DNA from: Octopus vulgaris
Lineage: Eukaryota
Length of the DNA: 64,000 nucleotides
Assembly: GCA_951406725.2 (NCBI GenBank)
Contig: OX597818.1
Coordinates: forward strand, 132,680,001-132,744,000
Direction of reading: 5' to 3'
The notes beneath the pieces were generated by a model. It made no database searches. It was not told where the DNA came from and worked only from the letters and a program-made list of their open reading frames with translations. A program made the position numbers and the translations under genes. Every line of letters begins with the position of its first letter. Position 1 is the first letter of the stretch. Shown piece by piece: positions 39,788 to 50,828 of this stretch.

Positions 39788-39995
39788 GTGTGTGTGTGCT
39801 TGTGTTTGTACCCTCTACTGTCACTTGACAACCAGTGTTGGTGTGACTGCATCCCCCCTAACGTAGTGATACAGCAAAAATGACTGATACAATATGTACT
39901 AGGCTTAAGAAATAAGTTCTGGGATCAATTTGTTTGACTAAAACCCTTGAAGGTACATGGTCACAGTGAAATGACTGAAACAAGTAAAAGAATTA
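38976..39995 (+). mobile_element. SINE family C split by ribozyme-bearing inserts and microsatellites
   Basis: Head at 38976-39140 and tail at about 39790-39995. Confidence 0.75.
39236..39381 (+). ncRNA. tandem hammerhead-like motifs: degenerate type I (39236-39306) plus permuted form (39309-39381)
   Basis: First: CTGATTA GT CACTTATA..TATAGGTG CCAT ACC-AAT-GGT C. Second: ACTCGTAAT-A-t-TTGgcTTCCTGT..CCT tc GAAA TTGCGGAGT..ACAGGGACAA CTGATGA AGG. Confidence 0.5.
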
Positions 39996-40013
39996 AAAAT
40001 ACAAGAATATAGA

Positions 40014-40499
40014 AGAGATGTTCTCTTGGGATTAAAAAATCGCAGTAGAGTCCACTCGAACGGACATCCATGTAAAGTGGTTACGAATATTGCTTATCAG
40101 TACAATTACAGCGTTGCTCTCTTAGCGAGACTTTAGAACTAGCATTTTTATTTGTTGCAAAATCAGCAACTGTGAGTTCGCTTGAAATATATATTTATAT
40201 TCCGTGTAGAGTCTAGCTGCTATCATCTCTAGCAGACGAGGTGTGTTAGAAATAGTTCGAAATCAGGACTGGTCTACTGGTTTCGTGGTTATGAGATGGT
40301 AGGGGTTCACTCCCCTGCGCGCAAGTTTATCAAGTGCAGCTGTACATCGTTAACCAGCTAGATGAGATGTCCTCTAGGGGTTAAAATTTGCAGTAGAGTC
40401 CACTCTAATGGACAGTCATGTTAAAATGGCCGCAAATATTACTTGTCAGTACAACTACTGCATTGATCTCTTTGAGAGATTTTAGAACAAGCATTTTTG
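40014..40499. repeat. about 349-bp-period direct repeat (about 1.4 units)
   Basis: 40014-40150 aligns with 40363-40499 (GAGATGT.CTCT.GG.TTAAAA..GCAGTAGAGTCCACTC..GGACA..TCAGTACAA..TTTAGAAC.AGCATTTTT). Confidence 0.8.
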
Positions 40500-40525
40500 C
40501 TTATATATGTATATGTATATAATGA

Positions 40526-42004
40526 TTGGGTCATCCCATAATTAATGTGGTTTTTTCAATTGCATGGACTAAAAATCGGAGGGGGGGATTATCTGCATCA
40601 ACTTGCTATAAAAGCAGGTGGTAATTTTACCTTGTACTTATTCTTAGTGCAAGATTTGAAGCGTGCAGTTCGATTTTAACAGTTATTCTTTCAAAGCTAT
40701 AATGGAAGTGACAGAAGAGCATATTTGGCATATTTTGTTTTATGAGTTCAAGAAAGACAGCAACACAATGCAAAGTGCAAGGAATATTAATGCTTTATAT
40801 GGGAATCAGGCAATAAGCGTCAGCTAGTGTTGACTGTGGTTCCAGAAATTCCAAATCAGAAACTACAGCCTACAAGACGAGCCTCATCCTGGAAGATCTG
40901 TAGACCTTGACAAGGGTGTCCTACAAACCCTGGTGGAACAAAACCCCATCATAACTGTTGAGGGGCTAGCAGAGAATCCTGGATTTCGTCATTCAACCAT
41001 TTATCAACATCTGCACGCCATTAGAAAAGTCAGTAAATTGGGTCAATAGGTTCCTCACAAACTTTCCAAGCCTAATCGCATGCAGAGAGTAAATGTGTGC
41101 TCTTCTTTGAAATCACATCTCATGAATGAACCTTTTTTGTACTGGTGACGAGAAATCGGTTCCCAATCAAAATGTCAAGCACCAAAGACAGGCTAAAGAA
41201 AGTTTTCACCCGCGTAAGGTGTTGTTATCTGTTTGGTGGGATATGAAATGTCTAGTCCACTTTGAACTTTAAAACCCAAATGAAACGATAACTAAGGAGA
41301 TCTACTGTGAACAACTTGAGAGACTTAAGTCAGTACTAGAAGAAAACGACTATCTTTGGTTTCAAGACTAAAGGTGTTCTATCAGGATAATGCTCGGCTA
41401 CATACAACGAGAATGACATTCCAACGGCTGGAACAATTTGCCAAAGTTGCATCAGCAAAAGCTTATGGTGACTGTCTGGTGGTCTGCAATTGGTGTTGTC
41501 CATTGCAGCTTTCTGGAAGCCAATCAGAGCATTACAGCAGAGGTTTAATGCAATCAACTCACTGAAATGCATGTTCACTAGCAAAAAATGAGATCTGCAT
41601 TGCTGAATCTGCATGGTCCAATTCTGCTCCACGATAATCCAAAGCCACTTGTTGCAAGAATGATGCTGCAGAAATTCACAAACTTGGGATACGAGACTTT
41701 ACCACATCTTCCATATTCTCCTGATCTTTCACCCACTGACTACCATTTTTAAAGCATTTAAACACGTTTTTAAGTGATAAAACTTTCAGGTCCAAACCAG
41801 AGGTAGAATCAGCTTTCAAAGTTTTCTTAGCGTCAAAGCCAATACATTTTTATCAACGATGCATAAATAATCTCGTTGATCAATTGGCGGAGATGCATAG
41901 ATGTTCACGACTCATACTTTGACTAATCAAAACATTTATATTGTTAATTTTTCCAGAATAAAATTATGTTTCTGAAATCTGCCATTATTTTCGGAACAAC
42001 CTAA
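40526..42004 (+). pseudogene. chimeric mariner: 5' part from the 34.5 kb family fused to the 3' part of another mariner family
   Basis: Left TIR TTGGGTCATCCCATAATTAATG; right TIR (reverse complement) TTAGGTTGTTCCGAAAATAATG. KVLLSVWWD...QDNARLH is followed, after 41440, by KLMVTVWWS...LLHDNPKP...PYSPDLSPTDYHF. Confidence 0.85.
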
Positions 42005-42124
42005 TACTTTCGTTAACCAGTAGAATTGGGTTCAAATTTTATTATGGGTATAGCATGAAGTGGGAAGAATAAGGAAGACTGACTAGGTTTAGATACATTA
42101 TAAGGCTGACTAGTTTTAGATATA

Positions 42125-42516
42125 CTCTTTTACTCTTTTATTTGTTTCAGTCATTTGACTGCGGCCATGCTGGAGCACCGCCTTTAGTCGAGCAAATCGA
42201 CCCCGGGACATTCTTTGTAAGCCCAGTACTTATTTTATCGGTCTCTTTTGCCGAACCGCTAGGTGACGGGGACGTAAACACACCAGCATCGGTTGTCAAG
42301 CAATGCTAGGGGGACAAACACAGACACACAAACATATACACACACACTTATATATATATATACAGATATACGACAGTTTCCGTCTACCAAATCCACTCAC
42401 AAGCCATTGGTCGGCCCGGGGCTATAGCAGAAGACACTTGCCCAAGATGCCACGCAGTGGGACTGAACCCGGAACCATGTGGTTGGTTAGCAAGCTACTT
42501 GCCACACAGCCACTCC
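42125..42516 (-). mobile_element. SINE family C
   Basis: Family C sequence. Confidence 0.9.
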
Positions 42517-42999
42517 TTACATGAAAAATGAAAAATTATATTATAGTGCTATAATGACATTATTATGATGTGGTAGGGTGTCCTACCACATCACATAAAT
42601 TGAACTTTCAAATGGCTGATGTCATTGGGATTTAAAGCAAAAAGAAACCAACTAAATTTACTAATTCACTAAAATTTTTTTTCTCTTAAATGATATTTTT
42701 TTTGTTCAGTGAAGAAAAATAGCAACACTAACAATAAGAGCAACAATGACAACAATAATAGCAAGAAACAAACAACAGACAGAAGAGGCACAAGAAAAAA
42801 AAACAAAACAACAGTAACACAACAATAGTGATGACAACAGAAACTACCACAGCAACAGTAGCCGTGGCAATAATGCTAATAACACTAACAGCAACGGAAA
42901 AGGACAACGCAAATGTCATCACAACTACTACCATGACGACGTTGACGACGACGACGACCACCACCACCACCACCACTACAACCACTACTACTACTACTT

Positions 43000-43078
<79 letters not shown>

Positions 43079-43089
43079 TAATAATAATA

Positions 43090-43124
<35 letters not shown>

Positions 43125-44084
43125 AAAAACAATAACATAACAATAAAGGGTATCCAATGTTAACAACTATACTATCATCATCATCATCATCATCATCAAA
43201 AATAACTTCAAATCAAGACAAAAAAAAAAAAAAGGAAAATCCTCTTAGAAAATTTGTTGCAAATTCTGACAAAAAATGATAACAAGGAATACCAAGCAGC
43301 ACAATCATCAAAGACTTCTGCAATTGAAAGAACATTTAATGATTTCTCGTGGAGATAAAGTTTTGATAATTATTCTGCATGGTGTTTCTATATAATTTCT
43401 CTCTTGTTTTAAAATGTGTCGAATCTATGCCCCCGTGATAATAGTACCATAATAATACAGTTAAGTTATTAGTAGCGTTATACTACAATCAGCAAGTCAG
43501 AGACGGTGACTATGCCTTTCTCCAGGTGATGATGATGCCAATTAGATTGTAAGAATCCTGTAGTAGATTAGTCATTGTTTTTGTTGTTGGTGTGTAAAAA
43601 ATCTCCTTCCATGCCATCCTTACTCCCCCCCCCCCTCCCCTGCAGTTAGTCATATTCAAAAAAAAATTTATTATTTTTTTATAGTAATGTATTGCCATGT
43701 GTATCAATTTTTATCATTCAGATGTTACCCTGATGTTCTATTCTCTGATTATATTGCATACAAAAGTGCTTATTTCTTACATCCAAGCATTTTTAGGATG
43801 ATTATATTTTACCTGCTGGATATTTGGTTGCTATTTTTTAACAGCTGTATCAATGATATAGAGATCTCCCATACTTCCCTAGTTTTTCAAAAATATATTG
43901 ATTTATTCTTTTATTTGTTTTAGTCATGAAACTGCAGCCATGCAGGGGCACCGCTGTGAGGAATTTTAGTCGAACTAATGAACCCCAGGACTTATTTTGA
44001 ACCCTGGTACTTCTTCTATCAGTCTCTTTTGCTGAATCATTAAGTTATAGGGACATAAACACACCATCTGTCAATCAGTATTTG

Positions 44085-44665
44085 GGGACGATTTTTCGCG
44101 AGTGAGGTACAAATTTTGTTGCGACTTTTTTCATTTGCAATTCTTCGCTTAAAATTCGTTCGCTGGAGCTCCAGGACACACCAATTATATCAACAAGTTC
44201 GTCAATTGTTCGGCAACGGTTCTCCAAGATCAGTTCATGAATTTTCGTGATGTTTTCATTCGTTCGGGAGGTGGACGGTCGTCCTGAACAAGGTTGGTCT
44301 TTAAGCGACAAGTGACTATTCCTAAAGTGTGAAAAACACTCGTAAAATTTGTGTTTTGCTCATGGCAACGTCCTTGTAAGCTATTTGAAGCATGAGAACT
44401 GTTTCAGCTGCCGTTTTCCCAGCAGAAAACAGAATTTCACGGAAGCCCACTGTCCCTTCGTTTCAGCCGTCGCAAAAATCGACGAAAAGGAGAAGGGTAC
44501 TGCAAAATAAAGACGCCCCACATGGCAGTATGACAAAGCAAGATGACACCGTTCGGCAGACTGATGTCTGAGGGTCGCATCAAGAGGCTTCAAGCAGTGG
44601 AAGCCTGAACTACAACGGGCATGTCCCATAGAGAATGCTTCCGGTTACTTTTGGGTACCCCCTCG
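44085..44665 (-). pseudogene. mariner 5' fragment (irritans-like), inserted in a split SINE C (43910-44072 and 44970-45133)
   Basis: End TA-CGAGGGGGTACCCAAAAGTAACCGG; QWASVKFCFLLGK...DQPCSGRPSTSRTNENI...KKVATKFVPH. Confidence 0.85.
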
Positions 44666-45211
44666 TATATATATATATATAATACAGATAAAGGGTGAAA
44701 TATAATTAATTTAATAAAATCAATAAATTTCACCTAGTAGTATTTCGGTATGGAAAAGGACCATTCGGTAAAAATTATATAATTATAATGAAGGTTTTTT
44801 TGCAACAAGTTGCTTAAACCACATACCGAAATTATTAGAAATAGCAGTCAAAGGGCTACCATTACTATTACTACAAAAATAAGTCTCCATAAACAACAGT
44901 ATTTGTAACTCATATATGGTAAAAGAAGAAAGGAAAACAATGAAAACACACAGTCTACACACACACACACATGATGGGCTTCTTTCCAAATCTCTTCCAA
45001 ATCCACTCACAAAGCTTTGGTCAGCCCGAGGCAATAGCAGAAGACACTTGCTCAAGTTGTCATGCAATAAGACTGAACCCTAGACCATGTAGTCGGCAAG
45101 CAAACTTCTTACCACACAGCCATGCCTGCGCCTGTCCCTAGTATTATTTTATATTTGAGCCTGTTTCATATTTTATTTTATATTCTAGATATATTATAAT
45201 GCAATAAACCG

Positions 45212-45267
<56 letters not shown>

Positions 45268-45714
45268 GTCATAAATGACTTTATTTAGCAATAAAAAATT
45301 CTAACATCACAACAAATTGTTTCGTAACTTAAAAACATGTAAATAATTTATATTATGATATTTAATGATAAATAAATTACTTACATGTCTGCATTATTAC
45401 AAGATGCAAAAAGTCTTTCAAAATAATGCAGTGTATACAGGGATGAATTATCCAGACAGGTACCGTAAAAGCTCTCAGGTGTAGTCCAGGTTCCAGTCAG
45501 CCACATCAAGTAGCAAGAAACACCAAGGGTCACTTCAGATCACACTTGTGATAAGACACTGAATGAAGGTGCATAGCAGAATATTGCAGGTTGTATATGC
45601 AGCTGCACATACTCTATGCAGCAGAAATACATGTCTGTCATTTTAGCTAACTAATTATGTTACATAATTAACTGTTAAATTAAAAGAAAAATCTGAATAT
45701 GTAGCAGTCTCTGT

Positions 45715-46000
45715 ATTCTTTGTAAGCCTATAACTTATTCTATCGGTCACTTTTGCCGAACCGCAAACTTACGGAAACGTGAACACACCAGCACCGGTTA
45801 TCAAGCGATGTTGGGGGGATAATCACAGACATACAAACATACACACACATATATATACATATATACGACGGGCGTCTTTCAGTTTCCGTCTACCTGAGGC
45901 TATAGTAGAAGACACTTGCCCAAAGTGCCACGCAGTGGGACTGAACCCAGAACCATGTGTTTGGTAAGCAAGCTACTTACCACACTGCCACTCCTGCGCC

Positions 46001-46001
<1 letters not shown>
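45715..46001 (-). mobile_element. SINE family C, internally deleted
   Basis: Head at 46001; body partly missing. Confidence 0.8.
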
Positions 46002-46053
<52 letters not shown>

Positions 46054-46273
46054 CTCCGGCAGGGGGTGGTGATCCCTGCTGTACTCTTTCACCACAATGG
46101 CGGTGCCCCAGCATGGCCACAGCTCAAAAGCTGAAACTGGAAAAACAAAACAAAAACAAAACAAAAAATACATATTCAAAGAACAAGCAATTTTAAAAAA
46201 CACAGAAAAAACCGAACGTGAGTACGTGCACAAGCAATATATTAATTTGACGCTTAGTGAAAGGAGAGAGTTA

Positions 46274-46306
46274 TTAACATTTCGAACATAGCTCTTCGTC
46301 GGAAAG
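46274..46306 (-). ncRNA. minimal type I hammerhead-like motif
   Basis: Minus strand: CTTT CCGACGA A GAGC-TAT-GTTC GAAA TGT TA. U4 is C, and stem III is a near-palindrome (AATGTT). Confidence 0.5.
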
Positions 46307-46641
46307 AGAAAAGTCCAAAGAGAAAGAAGGAAAAATAAGGGAAAATCGCCAACAATCCACGTGCGGTTACATTTCTATATAGCAAAAATGTATTATTAAG
46401 GGATTAATAATCCAGCCCGCATTTAATATATGAAATCCATTATCAGTGTATTTCAGCGTGTGTGTGTATGAGAGTGTATTTGTATGAGGGTATATATGTA
46501 AATGTTATCACAGCCTATAAGGTAAATATTTTGATTTATTTAAATGGGTCGAAAATGTCTACAAATATTTGATAACTATTATATTGTAAAATTGCATTTC
46601 TATTTGAAGGTCGCTTTTTTTTTTATAAATGAATGAGAAAT

Positions 46642-46957
46642 GTGGAAGGTTACGACGATGAGGGTTCTGGTTGATCCGAATCAACGGAACAGCCTGCTCG
46701 TGAAATTAACGTGTAAGTGGCTGAGCACTCCACAGACACGTGTACCCTTAACGTAGTTCTCGGGGATATTCAGCGTGACACAGAGAGTGACAAGGCCGGC
46801 CCTTTGAAATACAGGTACAACAGAAACAGGAAGTAAGAGTGAGAGAAAGTTGTGGTGAAAGAGTACAGCAGGGATCACCACCATCCCCTGCCGGAGCCTC
46901 GTGGAGCTTTTAGGTGTTTTCGCTCAATAAACACTCACAACGCCCGGTCTGGGAATC
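46642..46957 (-). mobile_element. SINE family D, 5'-truncated
   Basis: TSD GAATGAGAAAT at 46631-46641 and 46958-46968. Confidence 0.9.
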
Positions 46958-47329
46958 GAATGAGAAATATTGGAGTGGATAAGGTATAGTACTACAAATT
47001 TCGAAACCATGAATTCAAATCTTTTGTAACGTTCAGTTGTATTTTTTGGACTAAATTCTTTATCCTACATAAACTTCATTTTACCTAATTGTTAGGAATA
47101 GGTGCCAGAATACCAGGTAATGTTATTAGTTATAGACTGGTGCAGAGTCACAATGGGAATTCGGTTTTTCATTTCCTTATACTTTTCTTTCTTCCTTTCT
47201 TTTTGTTTTTGTTATTCGTTAAAGGACAAACATCCATAAATATAAGAACATTCCAAACATTTTCATTTTAACGTGAAACTAATATGTTAACGTTATATTT
47301 TTATCACTCGTTTATTTTTATTGTTCATA

Positions 47330-47615
47330 TGATACATCCATCCATTCATCCATCCATCCACCCATCCATCTACATATACATACGTACATACATACACACA
47401 CACATACATACATACACACACACATACATACATGCATACATACAAACATACATACATACATACACACACACACATACATACATACATACATACATGCATA
47501 CATACATACATACATACATACATACATACATACATACATACACACACATACATACATACATACATACATACACACACATACATACATACACACACACATA
47601 CATACATACATACAT

Positions 47616-47646
<31 letters not shown>

Positions 47647-47659
47647 TACATACATACAT

Positions 47660-47692
<33 letters not shown>

Positions 47693-47745
47693 TACATACA
47701 TACATACATACATACATACATACATACATACATACATACATACAT
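47330..47745. repeat. (CATC)n/(CATA)n microsatellite
   Basis: Seen directly. Confidence 0.95.
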
Positions 47746-48627
47746 TATGAATGTATGAATGCATGTATTATTATGTTAGACTTTAAAAAATACGGTAGTC
47801 GGGCTCTTCTCTTACAAGACAATATGCATTTGCCATACCAGTTCTGACTCCAGAATTTGGGATACTTGACAGGTCTGTAGAGAAACTCACACTCCATATG
47901 TGTTAAAAGCTGCAAGATACTTACATCAAATGGAAATCTCCACAGAAATTGTGATATTGGCAGGCTCTACCTAAGAAGAGATGAAGGAGATAGAGGCTTG
48001 AGATCCGTGCAGCTTTCTAATGTCGAATAGCTTCTCCCAGACCCTTACTAAATAAAAACAGCAAAGATAAATACATTAACTTAGTGCTGAAAAGCCAAGA
48101 GAACAATATCCTCAGGAAGCTGCTCAGTAAGCATTCTATTCTTAATGGTCTCCCATAGAAATTGTCACATTAATATACCTCAAAGAAGACCTTGATTTGA
48201 AACACTGAACATGCCAAAAAGTGCTATGCCCGGGTATGTCTTCCGGAGGTTCGAAGAATATAATAATATCGACATGAAGTGCAGCCTCTTTGGACTGGTG
48301 ACTGCTACATCGCATCACACTTCTAAGGGTATGTATTAGCAATCCAAGAACAAGAGATTGTTACCAAGTACCTACTACACAAAAGAGATTGTGAAACCCT
48401 TGAAGCTCCAAGATGCAACCGAAAATGTAAATTATGTCATATCTCTGTAGAAGATATCACACACCTCATTAGAAGCTGATCAAAACTGCCCTTAAGGTAC
48501 TACCTCCCTACATAACACGGCGTTGTCGCAGAAACAATATACAATAACATTCGGAACAAGACCTCCCTGGAATAAACATTGAAAATCATTCTGTTATTGA
48601 ACATATATATATATATATATATATATA

Positions 48628-48881
48628 TTCGTTCGTTCCGTCCTCGTGTTGTATACATTCGAAGCTTTCTTCCAGGGGATCTAATGCACTTGGCTTAGAT
48701 TTCCCGTGGCGGGCTGGCCATATCGGAGCAATCTCAAGATTAATCAGCCGAAATTGCTAAGATGATCTGGTTCTTGACTGATGACTGAGGGCTTCGAATG
48801 TCCCGTCCTGTGGTTCTTGTGTCGTCTCTGTGGCGTTTCATGTTCTTGTCCATGTCTGTAATTATTTTTACTGTTTACCTA
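48628..48881 (+). mobile_element. short (TA)n-flanked structured-RNA element
   Basis: 14-bp closing stem CATTCGAAGCTTTC (48656-48669) / GAGGGCTTCGAATG (48787-48800); internal hairpin GGGGATCTAA/TTAGATTTCC; homologous to 38505-38827. Confidence 0.75.
48727..48788 (+). ncRNA. candidate non-circularly permuted hammerhead ribozyme (best-preserved copy)
   Basis: AGCAAT-C-TCAAGA ttaa TCAG cc GAAA TTGCT (13 nt) TCTTGA CTGATGA CTGA. Confidence 0.6.
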
Positions 48882-48899
48882 TATATATATATATATATA

Positions 48900-49309
48900 T
48901 TCTTTTACTCCTTTATTTGTTTCAGTCATTTGACTGCGGCCATGCTGGAACACCGCCTTTAGTCGAGCAAATCGACCCCGGGACTTATTCTTTGTAAGCC
49001 CAGTACTTATTCTATAGGTCTCTTTTGCCGAACCGCTAAGTTACGGGGACGTAAACACACCAGCATCGGTTGTCAAGCAATGCTAGGGGGACAAACACAG
49101 ACACACAAACATATACACATACACGTATATATATATATATACATATATACGACAGGCTTCTTTCAGTTTCCGTCTACCAAATCCACTCACAGGCATTGGT
49201 CGGCCCGGGGCTATAGTAGAAGATACTTGCTCAAGGTGCCACGCAGTGGGACTGAACCCGGAACCATGTGGTTGGTTAGCAAGCTACTTACCACACAGCC
49301 ACTCCTGCG

Positions 49310-49312
<3 letters not shown>
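48900..49312 (-). mobile_element. SINE family C
   Basis: Full-length family C sequence. Confidence 0.9.
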
Positions 49313-49350
<38 letters not shown>

Positions 49351-50828
49351 ACTTGCTCAAGGAATACTGGTAGAAGATTTCCATCAAAATATCTATCACG
49401 TGTAAACATAGCAGACCGGATATTGTTGTTTGAAACAGACAAGAGAATGTATGTACCGCCATAAAGGTCAGCCGTCCTGCTGATTTGAAAATCTCTTTAA
49501 AAATCAAAGAGAAAGCAGACAAGTATGAACAGTTGCTTGGAAACTTTCAGCTTCTATATTCAAATTATAAATTCACATTCATACCAATAATAACTGGAGC
49601 ACTTGTGGTTTTGTGCGTAAATACCTAAGTGACAATCTGGATAAGCTAAGGTTTTCAGAAAAAGAATTCTGTAAGTGGAATAGTAAAAATATGCAAGACT
49701 TTTCTCAAGTTTAAAATGTGACATTGTTTTTGCTATCTACATTCCAACTATGGAGCTTTGTATCTTTATTAGAAACTAGCTCTTTCTTCGGAGAAAGAAT
49801 TTGAATAATTCAAAACAGAAGAGAAAATACATACATATAAGCGAAGAGCTTTCACATAATTTTTATCTCCCAAATTCCACCACTCAAAGGTATTGATCAA
49901 CTCAAAACTATGGTGTTGCACAATGGAAGCGAATCCCAAACAATATGGTTGAATGCCAAACTTCTTAACCATACAGCTATACATGATAGATGGTTTATAT
50001 TGTAAGTTAGTAATTAATGTCAGCAGATCGTTAATTAAAATAATATGATTTGATAAGAACACATGTGCCGTAATGAATCTCTTGTTTTCATCTCCAATAA
50101 AGCATATGCATTTGACAGCTATGAAGAATTTAATATTTTTGGTTCTTTGAGATTGTTTACTTCCTTTGTTTCAAGATTTAGTTAGGCACATATGTAAATC
50201 AGTATGTTTTTAATAAGTTTAATGGAATATACAATCCAAAAGCCGATTACCTGCTTTCATTTCGAATTTTAAAAAATTATAAATTAAAATGCGATAAGCT
50301 TTGAAACACAAAGGTTGAATAGAAAAAGAAAATATTAAAAACGAAAAACGAAAACGATGAAAAATTAAAATTATATATATTCAAAATAATGGTGTCACAT
50401 GCTCCAGAATTTGTGCCATGTGCCAGTTGTCACTTCGTCGCTTTGAGACGAATACCAGTGAGAAACTATATCCAACTTCAAAGACTTATCAGTTTTTCAA
50501 AATTTTAATTTCTTTATTTGCACACTCACATTACAGTATTTTTTCTTGGAAACTAATGGCCTCTATAGTAATCGAAAAGACAGTCTGAAGATGTTTGACA
50601 TACACCACACTAATACACAGATAACCCAGTGTCTTACTCTTTGAGCAGCATCATCGTCGTCGTCGTCATCGCCACCATCATCACAAATATCACCATCACT
50701 GTCACCACAAGACAAACAGCTTCAGGAAGAAATGAGAAATGATTTTGAAAGAAGGGTACATCATACCTCTGAAAACTTTCAGCTTCAGTTAGTCAACGAA
50801 TGAAGATATTTTTCTCTTCATCGGTGTA

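Larger units (their letters stand above)
47830..49730 (+). pseudogene. RLE-type non-LTR retrotransposon (R4/Dong/NeSL-like) 3' part, interrupted at about 48600-49345
   Basis: GNLHRNCDIGRLYLRRDEGDRGL (RT end); AIQEQEIVTK; KCKLCHISVEDITHLIRS* (CCHC knuckle); HSRPDIVV...KVSRPAD...KEKADKY...IPIITGAL (PD-(D/E)xK nuclease). Confidence 0.85.

Noticed and set aside
44680-44915. (TA)n-associated element with inverted repeat TTTCGGTATG/CATACCGAAA and a GGT..ACC-GAAA hairpin
   Set aside because: No recognisable CUGANGA; too degenerate to call a hammerhead, though it may belong to the same guild.
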